A DNA stretch of 64,000 nucleotides from positions 1,120,001 to 1,184,000 of the forward strand of contig CAVYQE010000001.1 in NCBI GenBank assembly GCA_963770565.1. The letters run 5' to 3'. Both the position numbers and the translations under genes were made by a program. Below, piece after piece: positions 21,346-30,812 of the stretch. The notes beneath the pieces were generated by a model. It was given only the letters and a program-made list of their open reading frames with translations. It was not told the DNA's origin and did no database searches. How positions within the stretch are numbered: position 1 is the first letter of the stretch; the number at the start of each line of letters is the position of its first letter. This DNA is from an uncultured Actinomycetota bacterium. GTDB taxonomy: Bacteria > Actinomycetota > Actinomycetes > JAFAQI01.

Positions 21346-22269
21346 GTGCATCACTTGACCTACCTGCAGGCGATCGTGATCGGCGCCGTGCAAGGTGTGA
21401 CCGAGTTGTTCCCGGTATCGAGCCTCGGCCACGCGGTGTTGATCCCGCACTGGATCGGCGGCAGCTGGGCCCAGACGGTGGGTGACGAGTCGCAGGGGGA
21501 GTCGCCGTACCTCGCCTTCATCGTCGTCCTGCATGTCGCGACCGCAGCTGCGCTGCTCGTCTACTTCTGGCGCGAGTGGGTGCTGATCCTGCGCTCGCTG
21601 TTCCGCTCGATCGCCCGCCGCAAGATCGAGACGGTGCACGAGCGGTTGGCCTGGCTGCTGGTGATCGCGACGATCCCCGCAGGTCTGACCGGCCTGCTCC
21701 TCGAGCACGAGCTTCGGGTGCTGTTCGCCAAGCCGCTTGCGGCAGCGATCTTCCTGACCATCAACGGGTTCGTGTTGCTGGCCGGCGAGCACCTGCGGCG
21801 CCGCGCCCTGGCCGCCCGCGCTGCCGTGGCAGGCCCGGAGCTGGGCAGCGACATGGCCGACCGGACGAGCGCAGAGGTCGACGCCGCCGTGGTTGCTCAG
21901 GTCCGGCCGATCGACGCCGGCTGGATCGGCCTCGCGCAGGTGCTGGCGTTGTTCGCCGGCATCAGCCGCTCGGGCATCACGATGGTGGCCGGCCTAGTGC
22001 GCGGGCTCGACCACGAGCAGGCCTTGCGGTTCGCATTCCTGCTGGCCACCCCGATCATTCTGGCGGCCGGCGTGCTGAAGATCCCGGACTTCACCGGGCC
22101 GCTGGGTAACGGCATCCGGGGGCAGGCGTTGTGCGGGGCGATCGCCGCATTCATCGGGGCGCTGCTCGCCACCCGGTTTCTCGTGCGGTACTTCAGGACC
22201 AACAAGCTGACCCCGTTCGCGGTCTACTGCCTGCTGTTCGGTGCGGCGAGCATCATCCGCTTCGGCTGA
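21346..22269 (+). CDS. uppP: Undecaprenyl-diphosphate phosphatase
   Basis: VQGVTELFPVSSLGH, GISRSGIT. Confidence 0.92.
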   Translation: MHHLTYLQAIVIGAVQGVTELFPVSSLGHAVLIPHWIGGSWAQTVGDESQGESPYLAFIVVLHVATAAALLVYFWREWVLILRSLFRSIARRKIETVHERLAWLLVIATIPAGLTGLLLEHELRVLFAKPLAAAIFLTINGFVLLAGEHLRRRALAARAAVAGPELGSDMADRTSAEVDAAVVAQVRPIDAGWIGLAQVLALFAGISRSGITMVAGLVRGLDHEQALRFAFLLATPIILAAGVLKIPDFTGPLGNGIRGQALCGAIAAFIGALLATRFLVRYFRTNKLTPFAVYCLLFGAASIIRFG

Positions 22270-22880
22270 TGTCGGCGGTCGCAGGGATCGTGCTCGCGGC
22301 CGGCGCCGGGCGCCGGTTCGGCGGCCCGAAGGCCCTGGTCGCCTATGACGGCGAACTCCTGGTCGAACGGGCGGTGCGGGTGGCCAGCACCGGCGGATGC
22401 GACCCGGTGCTCGTCGTGCTCGGCGCGAGTGCGGACGAGGTGCAGGAGCGAGCCGACCTGGGCGCAGCGGTCGTGGTGGTGGCGCCGGACTGGGACCGCG
22501 GGATGAGTGCGTCGTTGCAAGCGGGTCTGGCCGCCGTCACGTCGAGCAGTGCGGCGGCGGCGGTCGTCGTACTCGTCGACCAGCCGCTCGTCACTCCCGA
22601 GGTGATCGAACGGCTCCGGTCCGCCTGGGGCGGCGGAGCGGTTGCGGCGGTCGCCTGCTATGACGGGCAGCTGCGCAACCCGGCGTTGTTCGACCGCTCG
22701 GTGTGGGCCGAGGTCGGTGCCGCCGCGCACGACGATGTCGGGGCGCGGCCATGGCTGACGGCGCACCGCGGGGAGGTCACGGCCGTGGAGTGTGCCGACA
22801 TCGCCAGCGCGGCGGATGTCGATACGCCGATCGACCTGGATGGTCTCCGAGCCGGTTCAGCCGGTTCAGCCGGCGAGTAG
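22269..22880 (+). CDS. Nucleotidyltransferase, MocA-like molybdenum cofactor cytidylyltransferase
   Basis: LAAGAGRRFGGPKAL, WDRGMSASL, LVDQP, DVDTP. Confidence 0.8.
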   Translation: MSAVAGIVLAAGAGRRFGGPKALVAYDGELLVERAVRVASTGGCDPVLVVLGASADEVQERADLGAAVVVVAPDWDRGMSASLQAGLAAVTSSSAAAAVVVLVDQPLVTPEVIERLRSAWGGGAVAAVACYDGQLRNPALFDRSVWAEVGAAAHDDVGARPWLTAHRGEVTAVECADIASAADVDTPIDLDGLRAGSAGSAGE

Positions 22881-23759
22881 CGAGCGCGGCTCGAGCTCGG
22901 CCGAACGCTCCATCGCCTCGGCCGTCGTGATGTCGTCGGGGGTGTAGGTGATCACCCGCACACCGAGCTGCTGCGACAGCCAGAGGTTGGTGAACGAGAA
23001 CTGGAGCGCGCCGAGCTGAGGGTGGTTGAAGCGCTTGGTGAGGTTCTCCGGCGCCGCGATGTCGTGCCGGCTCCACAGCTCGGCAAACTCCGGCGACGCG
23101 TCCTGCAGCCGCCGGACCAGGCACTTCCAGACCGACTCGCCCACGTGGTCGGCCATCGCGGCCCGATACTGCGCGACCATCCGCTCGGTCGCCTTCTTCC
23201 AGGCCGGCAACGACGCGCGGATGCTGGCATTCGTGAAGGCCAGCCACAGGCTGTTGCGCTCTTCGTACGGAAGCGCGTCGAGATCGCCCATCAGCACGGT
23301 GTAGGCCCGGTTGTAGGCGATCAGGTCGTAGCGGCCGTTGGTGACGCAGGCCGGATACGGGTCGAGCTTGGCGAGCAACTGCCGAACCGGCTCGGACACC
23401 GGAACGCAGTCCGGCCCGGTCACCACCAGTGGCGAACCGGCCAGCGTGAACAGGTGGCTGCGCTCGTGCGGGTCGAGCAGCAAGGTGCGGGAGATCGCGT
23501 CGAGGACCTGCTCGGAGACGTTGATGTCGCGGGCCTGCTCGAGCCAGGTGTACCAGGTCACACCGACGCCGGCGTGCTGCGCGACTTCCTCTCGGCGTAG
23601 TCCCGGAGTGCGCCGCCGGCCGTACTGCGGGAGGTTGAGCTGGTCCGGGGAGAGCCGCTCGCGGCGGCTGCGCAGGAAGGCGGCAAGCTCCTGGCGGCGC
23701 AGGGTGGCCGCATCGGCCGACGCGCCGACGGTAGGAACGCGCTCGATGGTCGCCGTCAT
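22866..23759 (-). CDS. XRE-family regulator with MmyB-like ligand-binding domain
   Basis: ELAAFLRSRRERL, RRRTPGLRREEVA, WYTWLEQ. Confidence 0.92.
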   Translation of the reverse strand: MTATIERVPTVGASADAATLRRQELAAFLRSRRERLSPDQLNLPQYGRRRTPGLRREEVAQHAGVGVTWYTWLEQARDINVSEQVLDAISRTLLLDPHERSHLFTLAGSPLVVTGPDCVPVSEPVRQLLAKLDPYPACVTNGRYDLIAYNRAYTVLMGDLDALPYEERNSLWLAFTNASIRASLPAWKKATERMVAQYRAAMADHVGESVWKCLVRRLQDASPEFAELWSRHDIAAPENLTKRFNHPQLGALQFSFTNLWLSQQLGVRVITYTPDDITTAEAMERSAELEPRSLLAG

Positions 23760-23860
23760 AGGTACCAGGATCACACTATTGTGGACCTGGTGCCAGTTGT
23801 TGCCAATACCAGGATAAGTGGAGTCTGGTACCAGGCTCGATTCGAGTCCACAGTGACTGC
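23760..23860. promoter_or_regulatory. Divergent promoter/operator with repeated TACCAGG boxes
   Basis: TACCAGG at ~23763, ~23807, ~23829 plus inverted CCTGGT at ~23786. Confidence 0.5.
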
Positions 23861-25360
23861 ATGACCTCTTCATCTGCTCTTGCCACCATCGTGGCGGAGC
23901 CCGCTGGCGTGACCGCCGGCCCGACCTTGGCCCCGGTCGCCGACCTGCCCCCGGTGGCGGCGCCGCCGCTGCCGGTCACCGGCTTGCTCACCGTCCTCGT
24001 CGGCGTCCTGCTGCCGATGATCGACTTCTTCATCGTCAACGTCGCGCTCCCGACCATGCGGCACGATCTGCACGCCTCGTCGGGTGGGCTCGAGCTCGTC
24101 GTGTCCGGCTACGCGACCGCGTACGCCGTCCTGCTGGTGCTCGGCGGTCGCCTTGGCGACTCCTACGGCCGGCGCCGGCTTTTCCTGATCGGGATCGCGG
24201 CCTTCACCGTCGCGTCGTTGCTCTGCGGGCTGGCCCCGAACGCGTCCGCGCTGATCCTGGCCCGGGTGCTGCAAGGTGCCTCGGCGGCACTGATGGTGCC
24301 GCAGACGCTGTCGACGATCCAGGCGACCGGCGACGTGCACTCGCGCTCGCGTGCATTGGGCTGGTTCGGCGCGACCGGCGGGCTGGCCGCGGTGGCCGGC
24401 CAACTGCTCGGCGGTGTGCTGGTCTCGGCCAACATCGCTGGAAGCGGCTGGCGGGCGATCTTCTTCGTCAACGTCCCGATCGGGGTGATCGGCCTGATCC
24501 TCGCGGCCCGCTGGGTCCCGGAGACCAGGGCCGAGCGACACCACCGGATCGACGTGCCGGGCACGATCCTGCTCGGTGCGACCCTTACCGCGCTGCTCGT
24601 GCCGCTGACCGAGGGCCGGACCCTCGGCTGGCCGTTGTGGTCGATCGTGCTGCTGGTGCTTGCGCCACTCGGCGCGGCGAGCCTGGTGGTCGTCGAGCGC
24701 CGGCTCGAGCGCCGCGGCGGCTCGCCGCTGGTCCCGCCGGCAGTGGTCAGACACCCGAGCATGCGTCGTGGGCTTGCCCTTGCGGTGGTGTTCTTCTCGA
24801 CCTTCGGTGCCTTCATGTTCGTCTACACCCTGGTCGTGCAGGGCACGCTCGGGTTCAGCCCGATCCGGGCCGGCATCGCGTTGACGCCGATGGCGGTGAC
24901 GTTCCTCGCCGCCTCGCTCGCGACGACCACGCTCGTGGCCCGCTACGGACGGGCCGTGATCGGCGCGGGTGCGGTGATCCAGCTAGTCGGCTTGCTCACC
25001 GTGATCGCGTCGTTGGAGATTGCCTGGCCCAACGTCACGCCGCTCGACCTCGCGTCGGGGCTTGCGATCATGGGCGCGGGGCAGGGCCTGATCATGAGCC
25101 CACTGATCCGGGTCGTGCTCTCTGCGGTACCGATCGAGTCGGCGGGCGCGGGCAGCGGGGTCCTGACCACCACCCAGCAGACCTCGCTGGCGCTCGGTGT
25201 CGCGACGATCGGGAGCGGCTACCTCAGCCTCTCGCCGGTGGATCGGTTCGGACCGCTGCACGCCGTGGTGCTCGTGCTCGCCCTACAGACCTTGGTGGCG
25301 GTGGCCCTCGCCGCGGGCAGCCGCGCGTTGCCGGCCCGGCAGCGGGTGAGCGCTCGGTAG
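23861..25360 (+). CDS. MFS efflux transporter (DHA2-like)
   Basis: DFFIVNVALP, GGRLGDSYGRRRLF, WRAIFFVNVP. Confidence 0.92.
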   Translation: MTSSSALATIVAEPAGVTAGPTLAPVADLPPVAAPPLPVTGLLTVLVGVLLPMIDFFIVNVALPTMRHDLHASSGGLELVVSGYATAYAVLLVLGGRLGDSYGRRRLFLIGIAAFTVASLLCGLAPNASALILARVLQGASAALMVPQTLSTIQATGDVHSRSRALGWFGATGGLAAVAGQLLGGVLVSANIAGSGWRAIFFVNVPIGVIGLILAARWVPETRAERHHRIDVPGTILLGATLTALLVPLTEGRTLGWPLWSIVLLVLAPLGAASLVVVERRLERRGGSPLVPPAVVRHPSMRRGLALAVVFFSTFGAFMFVYTLVVQGTLGFSPIRAGIALTPMAVTFLAASLATTTLVARYGRAVIGAGAVIQLVGLLTVIASLEIAWPNVTPLDLASGLAIMGAGQGLIMSPLIRVVLSAVPIESAGAGSGVLTTTQQTSLALGVATIGSGYLSLSPVDRFGPLHAVVLVLALQTLVAVALAAGSRALPARQRVSAR

Positions 25361-25365
25361 GGCGC

Positions 25366-25458
25366 TTAGAAGGGAAGGACGCGACCCGATGGGGTACGCA
25401 GGTCGGGCCCGATGTCCTTGGGCTTGGACGGTCGCGGCTTGATCTGGATCTGCTTCAT
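25366..25458 (-). CDS. 30-aa small protein (not in ORF track)
   Basis: GGAGGTGA RBS then MKQIQIKPRPSKPKDIGPDLRTPSGRVLPF*; GC3-rich codons. Confidence 0.55.
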   Translation of the reverse strand: MKQIQIKPRPSKPKDIGPDLRTPSGRVLPF

Positions 25459-25623
25459 CGGGTCACCTCCATCAGCGCTTCTTGGTGCGATTTGGTGAGT
25501 CTCGGCCTGGCCTTGAGCGGTGCGTAGAGCGCAAGGTCACCGAATCGTTCGGCCAAACGGACCAAAGCAACGGGACCTTCGTCCTGCCGGGCCGGTTTCG
25601 CGGTGTCCTGAGAGCATGCGGGG

Positions 25624-26634
25624 ATGCATCTCGACGAGCTCACGACGCCGGCCCTGCTGATCGACGAGGCCGCGCTCGAGCGCAACCTCGACACGATGGC
25701 GGCGGCGTGGCCCGGCCCGCGACTGCGACCCCACGTCAAGGCGCACAAGTCGACCGAGTTGGCCCGGCGCCAGGCACAGCACGGGCACCGTGGGTTCACC
25801 GCCGCCACGATTCGCGAGGTGGCCGGGATGGCGGCGGCGGGTCTCGGCGAGGACCTGCTGCTCGCCAACGAGGTCGTCGACCTGAGCCCGCTGACGCCGG
25901 TGGTCGAGTCGGGCGCGCGGGTGACGGTTGCCGTCGACTCCGAGGTCATCGCCCGAGCGGCGGCCGCCGCCGGGATCGGTGAGGTCTTGGTCGACGTCAA
26001 CGTCGGCCTGCCGCGTTGCGGCTGCCCGCCCGAGGACGCCGGTCGCCTCGCCGAGCTGTGCCGTTCGCTCGGACTGTCGGTTCGCGGCGTGATGGGGTAC
26101 GAGGGTCACCTGATGAGCGTGACCGATCCGGCCGAGCGGGCCCCGCAGACCGACGAGTGCATGGACCGGCTGCGGATCGCCCACGACCTGGTCGGCGGCG
26201 ACGTCATCTCCGGCGGCGGCACCGGCACCTGGCGGACCAACCACTACGTCACCGAACTACAGGCCGGCTCCTATCCACTGATGGACACGGCGTACGCCGG
26301 GCTCTCGGACGTGCCGTTCGAACAGTCGCTCACCATCCTCGCGACCGTCATCTCGGTCAGCCAGGGCGGTTGGCTGGTTGCCGATGCGGGGTTGAAGGCG
26401 TTGAGCCTCGATCACGGCAACCCGAGCATTGCCGGGGCGCAGGTGTTGTTCTGCTCCGACGAGCATGTGGTGTTCGTGATGAACGACGGGGTCTCGACGC
26501 CCGAGGTCGGGGACCGGATTCGGGTGCTCCCGTCACACGTCGACCCGACCTGTGCGCTGCACGAGTCGTTCCATGTCGTCGACGACGCCGGCGCAGTGAT
26601 CGACGAGTGGCCGATCGATCTTCGCGGGTGGTGA
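25624..26634 (+). CDS. PLP-dependent alanine racemase-fold enzyme (DSD1/D-threonine aldolase-like)
   Basis: LRPHVKAHKS, GVMGYEGH, GGGTGT, SDEH, HVDPT. Confidence 0.88.
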   Translation: MHLDELTTPALLIDEAALERNLDTMAAAWPGPRLRPHVKAHKSTELARRQAQHGHRGFTAATIREVAGMAAAGLGEDLLLANEVVDLSPLTPVVESGARVTVAVDSEVIARAAAAAGIGEVLVDVNVGLPRCGCPPEDAGRLAELCRSLGLSVRGVMGYEGHLMSVTDPAERAPQTDECMDRLRIAHDLVGGDVISGGGTGTWRTNHYVTELQAGSYPLMDTAYAGLSDVPFEQSLTILATVISVSQGGWLVADAGLKALSLDHGNPSIAGAQVLFCSDEHVVFVMNDGVSTPEVGDRIRVLPSHVDPTCALHESFHVVDDAGAVIDEWPIDLRGW

Positions 26635-26655
26635 CCTGCGGGCGCAGCGGTTGTT

Positions 26656-27312
26656 CTACCAGTGGTTGAGGTGCATGACCTCGTCAAGCGGTGCGCGCGG
26701 GGCCCGGTGGAAGTCCGTCCCGATCGGGTGGGCAACCGGGATCAGCACCCCTTGATGCACGTCGTCGGGCAGGCCGAGGATCTCGGCGACCTCGCGCTCA
26801 CGGCTGAGGTGCAAGGTGGTCCACGCGCTGACCAACCCGTGTGAACGCAACGCCAGCATGAAACTCCACGCGGCCGGAAGCACAGAACCCCAAAGACCGG
26901 CCTGGTTGTCCGTGCCCAGCCCGCTGCGGGCCTGGATGCAGCCGAGCACGAGCACCGGCACCTGGCCCATGACATCGCCGAGGTGCGCAACGCTGGCGCC
27001 GATCCTGGCCTGCACTGCGGCCCGTTCCGGCTGGTCGGCGAACAGCTTCGCGGCGCTGCCCGGCGAGTCGAGGTATTCGACCACGGTCTGGCGGTAGATC
27101 TCGCCGATCGCCTGCCGGGTCGTGGCGTCATCGATGACGACGAAGTGCCAGGTCTGGCGATTGCTGCCGGACGGTGCCTGCAAGGCGATGTCGAGGCACT
27201 CCGTGATGATCGCGAGGTCGACCGGTCGCTGCAGATCGAGGCGTTTGCGCACCGATCGCGTCGTGGTCAAGGCCTCGTACGCCGACATCTGCCGGCCGTC
27301 GGGTTCGGTCAT
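26656..27312 (-). CDS. Nitroreductase family protein
   Basis: TTRSVRKRLD, QAPSGSNRQTWHF. Confidence 0.9.
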   Translation of the reverse strand: MTEPDGRQMSAYEALTTTRSVRKRLDLQRPVDLAIITECLDIALQAPSGSNRQTWHFVVIDDATTRQAIGEIYRQTVVEYLDSPGSAAKLFADQPERAAVQARIGASVAHLGDVMGQVPVLVLGCIQARSGLGTDNQAGLWGSVLPAAWSFMLALRSHGLVSAWTTLHLSREREVAEILGLPDDVHQGVLIPVAHPIGTDFHRAPRAPLDEVMHLNHW

Positions 27313-27402
27313 GGCGCGACCTTATGGTCCGGCCCGGGACGGGGCGAATCCGCCCCGGGAGACAATTGCCGACTGCGATCCGAACGACGAACGGAGTGGC
27401 TG

Positions 27403-28599
27403 GTGCAACAGGACCGCCCGGCGGAGCCCCGAACGGCGGGCGGTGCGCTCAGCGGGCTGCTCGTTGCCGACTTCAGCCGGGTGCTCGCCGGCCCACTCGC
27501 CTCGATGCTTCTCGCCGATCTCGGCGCCACGGTCATCAAGGTGGAGCGGCCGCCGACCGGCGACGAGACCCGGCAATGGGGCCCGCCGTACGTCGGTTCG
27601 TTGACCGCCTACTACTGCAGCGTCAACCGCAACAAGCGCAGCATCGAGCTCGACTTCTCGGTCCCCGCGGATCTCGCGCTCGCCCACCGGCTGGCCAATC
27701 GTGCCGATGTCTTCATCGAGAACTTCCTGCCCGGCAAGCTCGAGTCGTTCGGCCTCGACTACGAGGCGCTGCACGGGTCCAACCCGCGGGCCGTGTACTG
27801 CTCGATCAGCGGCTTCGGTGGTGATTCGAGCCTGCCCGGGTACGACTTCGTGGTGCAGGCCGTCGGCGGGTTGATGAGTGTCACTGGCCAGCCGGACGGC
27901 CCGCCGACCAAGGCCGGTGTTCCGTTCGTCGACGTGCTGACCGGCCTGCACGCGACGATCGGCATCCTCGCTGCGTTGCACGAGCGGGACACCAGTGGGG
28001 TCGGCCAGCGGGTCGAGGTGAACCTGCTGTCAAGCCTGCTCGGATCGTTGATCAACCAGGGCACCGGCTACATCAACAGCGGCCCGGAGCCGAGCCGGCT
28101 CGGCAACGTGCATCCGACCATCGCGCCGTACGAGACCTTCGAGGCGAGCGATGCGCCGTTGGCGGCGGCCGGGGGCAACGATCGGCAGTTCCGCGCGCTG
28201 GTCGAAACGGTCGGCCTGCCCGAGCTCGCCGACGACCCGCGATTCGCCAACAACGCGCAGCGGCTGGCGCACCGCGCGGAGCTACGCGAGCTGCTTGAAG
28301 GCGCGCTCGCGACCGACACGGCCGCCGGGTGGGCGGCTCGCTTGCAGGCGGTCGGCGTTCCGTGCGGACCGGTGAACACGATCGGGTCGGCGCTGGAGTT
28401 CGCGACGAAGCTGGGCTTGGATCCGGTGGTTCGGTTCGATCCGGCCGACGGCGATCCAGGGATCGCCACGCTGGCCAACCCGTTGCGGCTCAGTGCGACT
28501 CCGGTGCACTATCACCGACCGCCGCCGGCCCTCGGTGCCGACTCGGCCGAGATCCGGTCGTGGCTCGAGTCCGACTCGATCGATCTGGCCGACGACTAG
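27403..28599 (+). CDS. CaiB/BaiF class III CoA-transferase
   Basis: DFSRVLAGP, NRNKRSI, ENF, GYDFVVQ. Confidence 0.92.
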   Translation: MQQDRPAEPRTAGGALSGLLVADFSRVLAGPLASMLLADLGATVIKVERPPTGDETRQWGPPYVGSLTAYYCSVNRNKRSIELDFSVPADLALAHRLANRADVFIENFLPGKLESFGLDYEALHGSNPRAVYCSISGFGGDSSLPGYDFVVQAVGGLMSVTGQPDGPPTKAGVPFVDVLTGLHATIGILAALHERDTSGVGQRVEVNLLSSLLGSLINQGTGYINSGPEPSRLGNVHPTIAPYETFEASDAPLAAAGGNDRQFRALVETVGLPELADDPRFANNAQRLAHRAELRELLEGALATDTAAGWAARLQAVGVPCGPVNTIGSALEFATKLGLDPVVRFDPADGDPGIATLANPLRLSATPVHYHRPPPALGADSAEIRSWLESDSIDLADD

Positions 28600-29498
28600 C
28601 CGACGACGTCGGTGCCGGAGCTCGCGGTCAACGCGGCATAGGCCTCGCTCAGCCGGCCGGTGAGCGGCCCGGGTGGTTGCATGCCGATCGCATGACCGTC
28701 GACGACCGCGATTGCAGCGAGCTCGCCCATCGTCCCGGTGACGAAGGCCTCGTCGGCGCGGTAGAGGTCGTCGAGGGTGAAGTCGCTTTCGCTCGTCGCG
28801 ATGCCGTCTCGGGCTGCCAGCGCCAGGATGCTCATCCTGGTGATGCCCTCCGGGCACGCCACCGTCGTCGGCGTACAGAGTGTGCCGTCGGCCACGAAGA
28901 ACACGTGCGTCGCGTTGGTTTCGGCGATGTAGCCGCGCGAGTCCAACATGATCGCGTCGTCGGCGCCGGCCGCGTTCGCTTCGAGCTTGGCCAGGATCGA
29001 GCCCAGCAGATTGTTGTGGTGGATCTTCGGGTCGAGCACATCCGGTGTCGGCCGGCGATACGTGGACGTGATCAGCGTGATGCCGCTGCGGTCGTAGACC
29101 GGCGGCTTGTGTTCGGCGAGCACGATCAGGGTCGGGCCGTGCTGATTGAGCCGAGGGTCCATGCCGCTCGTCACCTTGACGCCGCGGGTCAGCGTGAGCC
29201 TGATGTGGACGCCGTCGGTCATCCCGTTCGCGGCCAGGGTCTTGCGGAGCTCGTCGGTGATCTCGCCGTCGGTCGGGATCTCGGTGAAGCCGAGCGCGGT
29301 GGCCGAGCGACGCAACCGCGCGAGGTGCTCGTCGAGGGCGAAGATCCGCCCGGCATAGAGCCGAAGCCCTTCCCAGACCGCGTCGCCGCCCTGGACCACC
29401 GAGTCGAACGGGCTCACGCCGGCCTCGTTGCGGTGCACGAGGCGGCCGTTGATGTTGACGATCAGGTCACGGTTGCGTTCGTCGTATCGCTGGAGCAC
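28596..29498 (-). CDS. Class IV aminotransferase (BCAT/D-AAT-like)
   Basis: GDAVWEGLR, KIHHNNL, EGITR, DEAFVTGTMGE. Confidence 0.9.
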   Translation of the reverse strand: MLQRYDERNRDLIVNINGRLVHRNEAGVSPFDSVVQGGDAVWEGLRLYAGRIFALDEHLARLRRSATALGFTEIPTDGEITDELRKTLAANGMTDGVHIRLTLTRGVKVTSGMDPRLNQHGPTLIVLAEHKPPVYDRSGITLITSTYRRPTPDVLDPKIHHNNLLGSILAKLEANAAGADDAIMLDSRGYIAETNATHVFFVADGTLCTPTTVACPEGITRMSILALAARDGIATSESDFTLDDLYRADEAFVTGTMGELAAIAVVDGHAIGMQPPGPLTGRLSEAYAALTASSGTDVVG

Positions 29499-30271
29499 GG
29501 CACCTCCTCGACGTCTCGTCGGCCGGCGGCCGGATCCACCCGGATTCGATGCGCGGCAAGGCGTTCGTAGCACGGCAGACACTGTGCGAGCAGCGGCTCG
29601 AGGCGCTCCGGCACCGCCGGCGTGGACTCCCTCGGTGGACCGAATCCGGTCGACGCCCGGACCGTGTCGTACCAGTACGGCGCCCACACTCCGTCGGTCT
29701 CGCGCAGCCCGGCCGGCCAGCTCAGCATGGCCGGGTCGAAGTCCGCGCCGAGGGCGTCGCACAGGGCGCGCAACATCGGCTCCGGCGCGCGCAGCAGGTC
29801 CTGCGAGTCGACGACCGGCCCGCCGAACTGCTCGAACAGCTCGACCTGCACCCCGAGCCCGAGATCGGCGAACGTCGGCTCGGTGCGCACCTTGGCGTAA
29901 GACGTCAGTAGGTCGCGCGGGTCGCGCAGCAGGAACGCGTGGCGAAGCGGCCGCAGCAGCGACCGGTCGATGTCGGCGAGCAGGTGATGCGTCATGTGCT
30001 TCTGGTAGTAGATCCGCCGGCCCTGCGGCACCGGCCCGGTCGTCAGCTGATCGACGACAGTGCGCCAGTCGGTCGGCTGGCTGGCCACGATCGCGTCGTG
30101 GCCGGGATGCACGACACCGCTGACCGCGAGGTAGTGGGCGTAGAGCGGCTCGTCGACCACGGCGGTGTCGGCGCGGTTGCCCCACGAGCGCAGCAAGGCG
30201 GTCGAGAGGGTTCGCGGGCCCGACCACATCGCCACCCGGATCGAGGCATCTGCCTGGCGTTCGACGACCAC
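29462..30271 (-). CDS. Sulfotransferase-like P-loop protein
   Basis: AMWSGPRTLSTALLRSW, DEPLY, QKHMTHH, FLLRDP; start uncertain. Confidence 0.8.
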   Translation of the reverse strand: MVVERQADASIRVAMWSGPRTLSTALLRSWGNRADTAVVDEPLYAHYLAVSGVVHPGHDAIVASQPTDWRTVVDQLTTGPVPQGRRIYYQKHMTHHLLADIDRSLLRPLRHAFLLRDPRDLLTSYAKVRTEPTFADLGLGVQVELFEQFGGPVVDSQDLLRAPEPMLRALCDALGADFDPAMLSWPAGLRETDGVWAPYWYDTVRASTGFGPPRESTPAVPERLEPLLAQCLPCYERLAAHRIRVDPAAGRRDVEEVPCSSDTTNATVT

Positions 30272-30339
30272 CCGCGACGTTTGCACCCGCCGTCGTTCGC
30301 TGTCAACGATCGCCGCCTGGCGCTCCTGGACCGGGCGGC

Positions 30340-30391
30340 TTGACAACCCGCTTCCGCGAGGTACACATTTAACTAGGACACTAGATGAAAT
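30340..30391 (+). promoter_or_regulatory. Putative promoter and GntR operator
   Basis: TTGACA at 30340; imperfect inverted repeat ATTTAACTAG-gaca-CTAGATGAAAT. Confidence 0.5.
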
Positions 30392-30419
30392 CACGGAGCG
30401 TGGAACGGAGTGAGGCATC

Positions 30420-30812
30420 GTGATCGAGTTCCATCTCGACGCGCGCTCGGGCGTTGCGCCGTATCAGCAGGTCGTGCAGCAGGTGCGCCAGGCACTGCGG
30501 TTGGGGCTGTTGGAAACCGGTGATCAGCTGCCGACCGTGAAAGAGGTCGTCGAGCGACTGGCGATCAACCCCAACACCGTGCTGAAGGCCTATCGCGAGC
30601 TCGAGCACCTCGGCCTGGTCGCGGCTCGACCGGGCGTCGGTACGTTCGTGACCCGCACTCTCAGCGACGAGTCCCTGGCTGCGCACGGTCCGCTTCGCCG
30701 CGACCTCGACCGCTGGTTGAGGAAGGCGCGCCTTGCCGGGCTTGATGACGAAAGCATCGAGGCGCTGTTCGTGGACACCTTTCGGTCCGCATCGGAGTCG
30801 GGGGTAGCGTGA
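30420..30812 (+). CDS. GntR (YtrA-like) regulator
   Basis: PYQQVVQQ, GDQLPTV, INPNTVLKAYREL. Confidence 0.92.
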   Translation: MIEFHLDARSGVAPYQQVVQQVRQALRLGLLETGDQLPTVKEVVERLAINPNTVLKAYRELEHLGLVAARPGVGTFVTRTLSDESLAAHGPLRRDLDRWLRKARLAGLDDESIEALFVDTFRSASESGVA

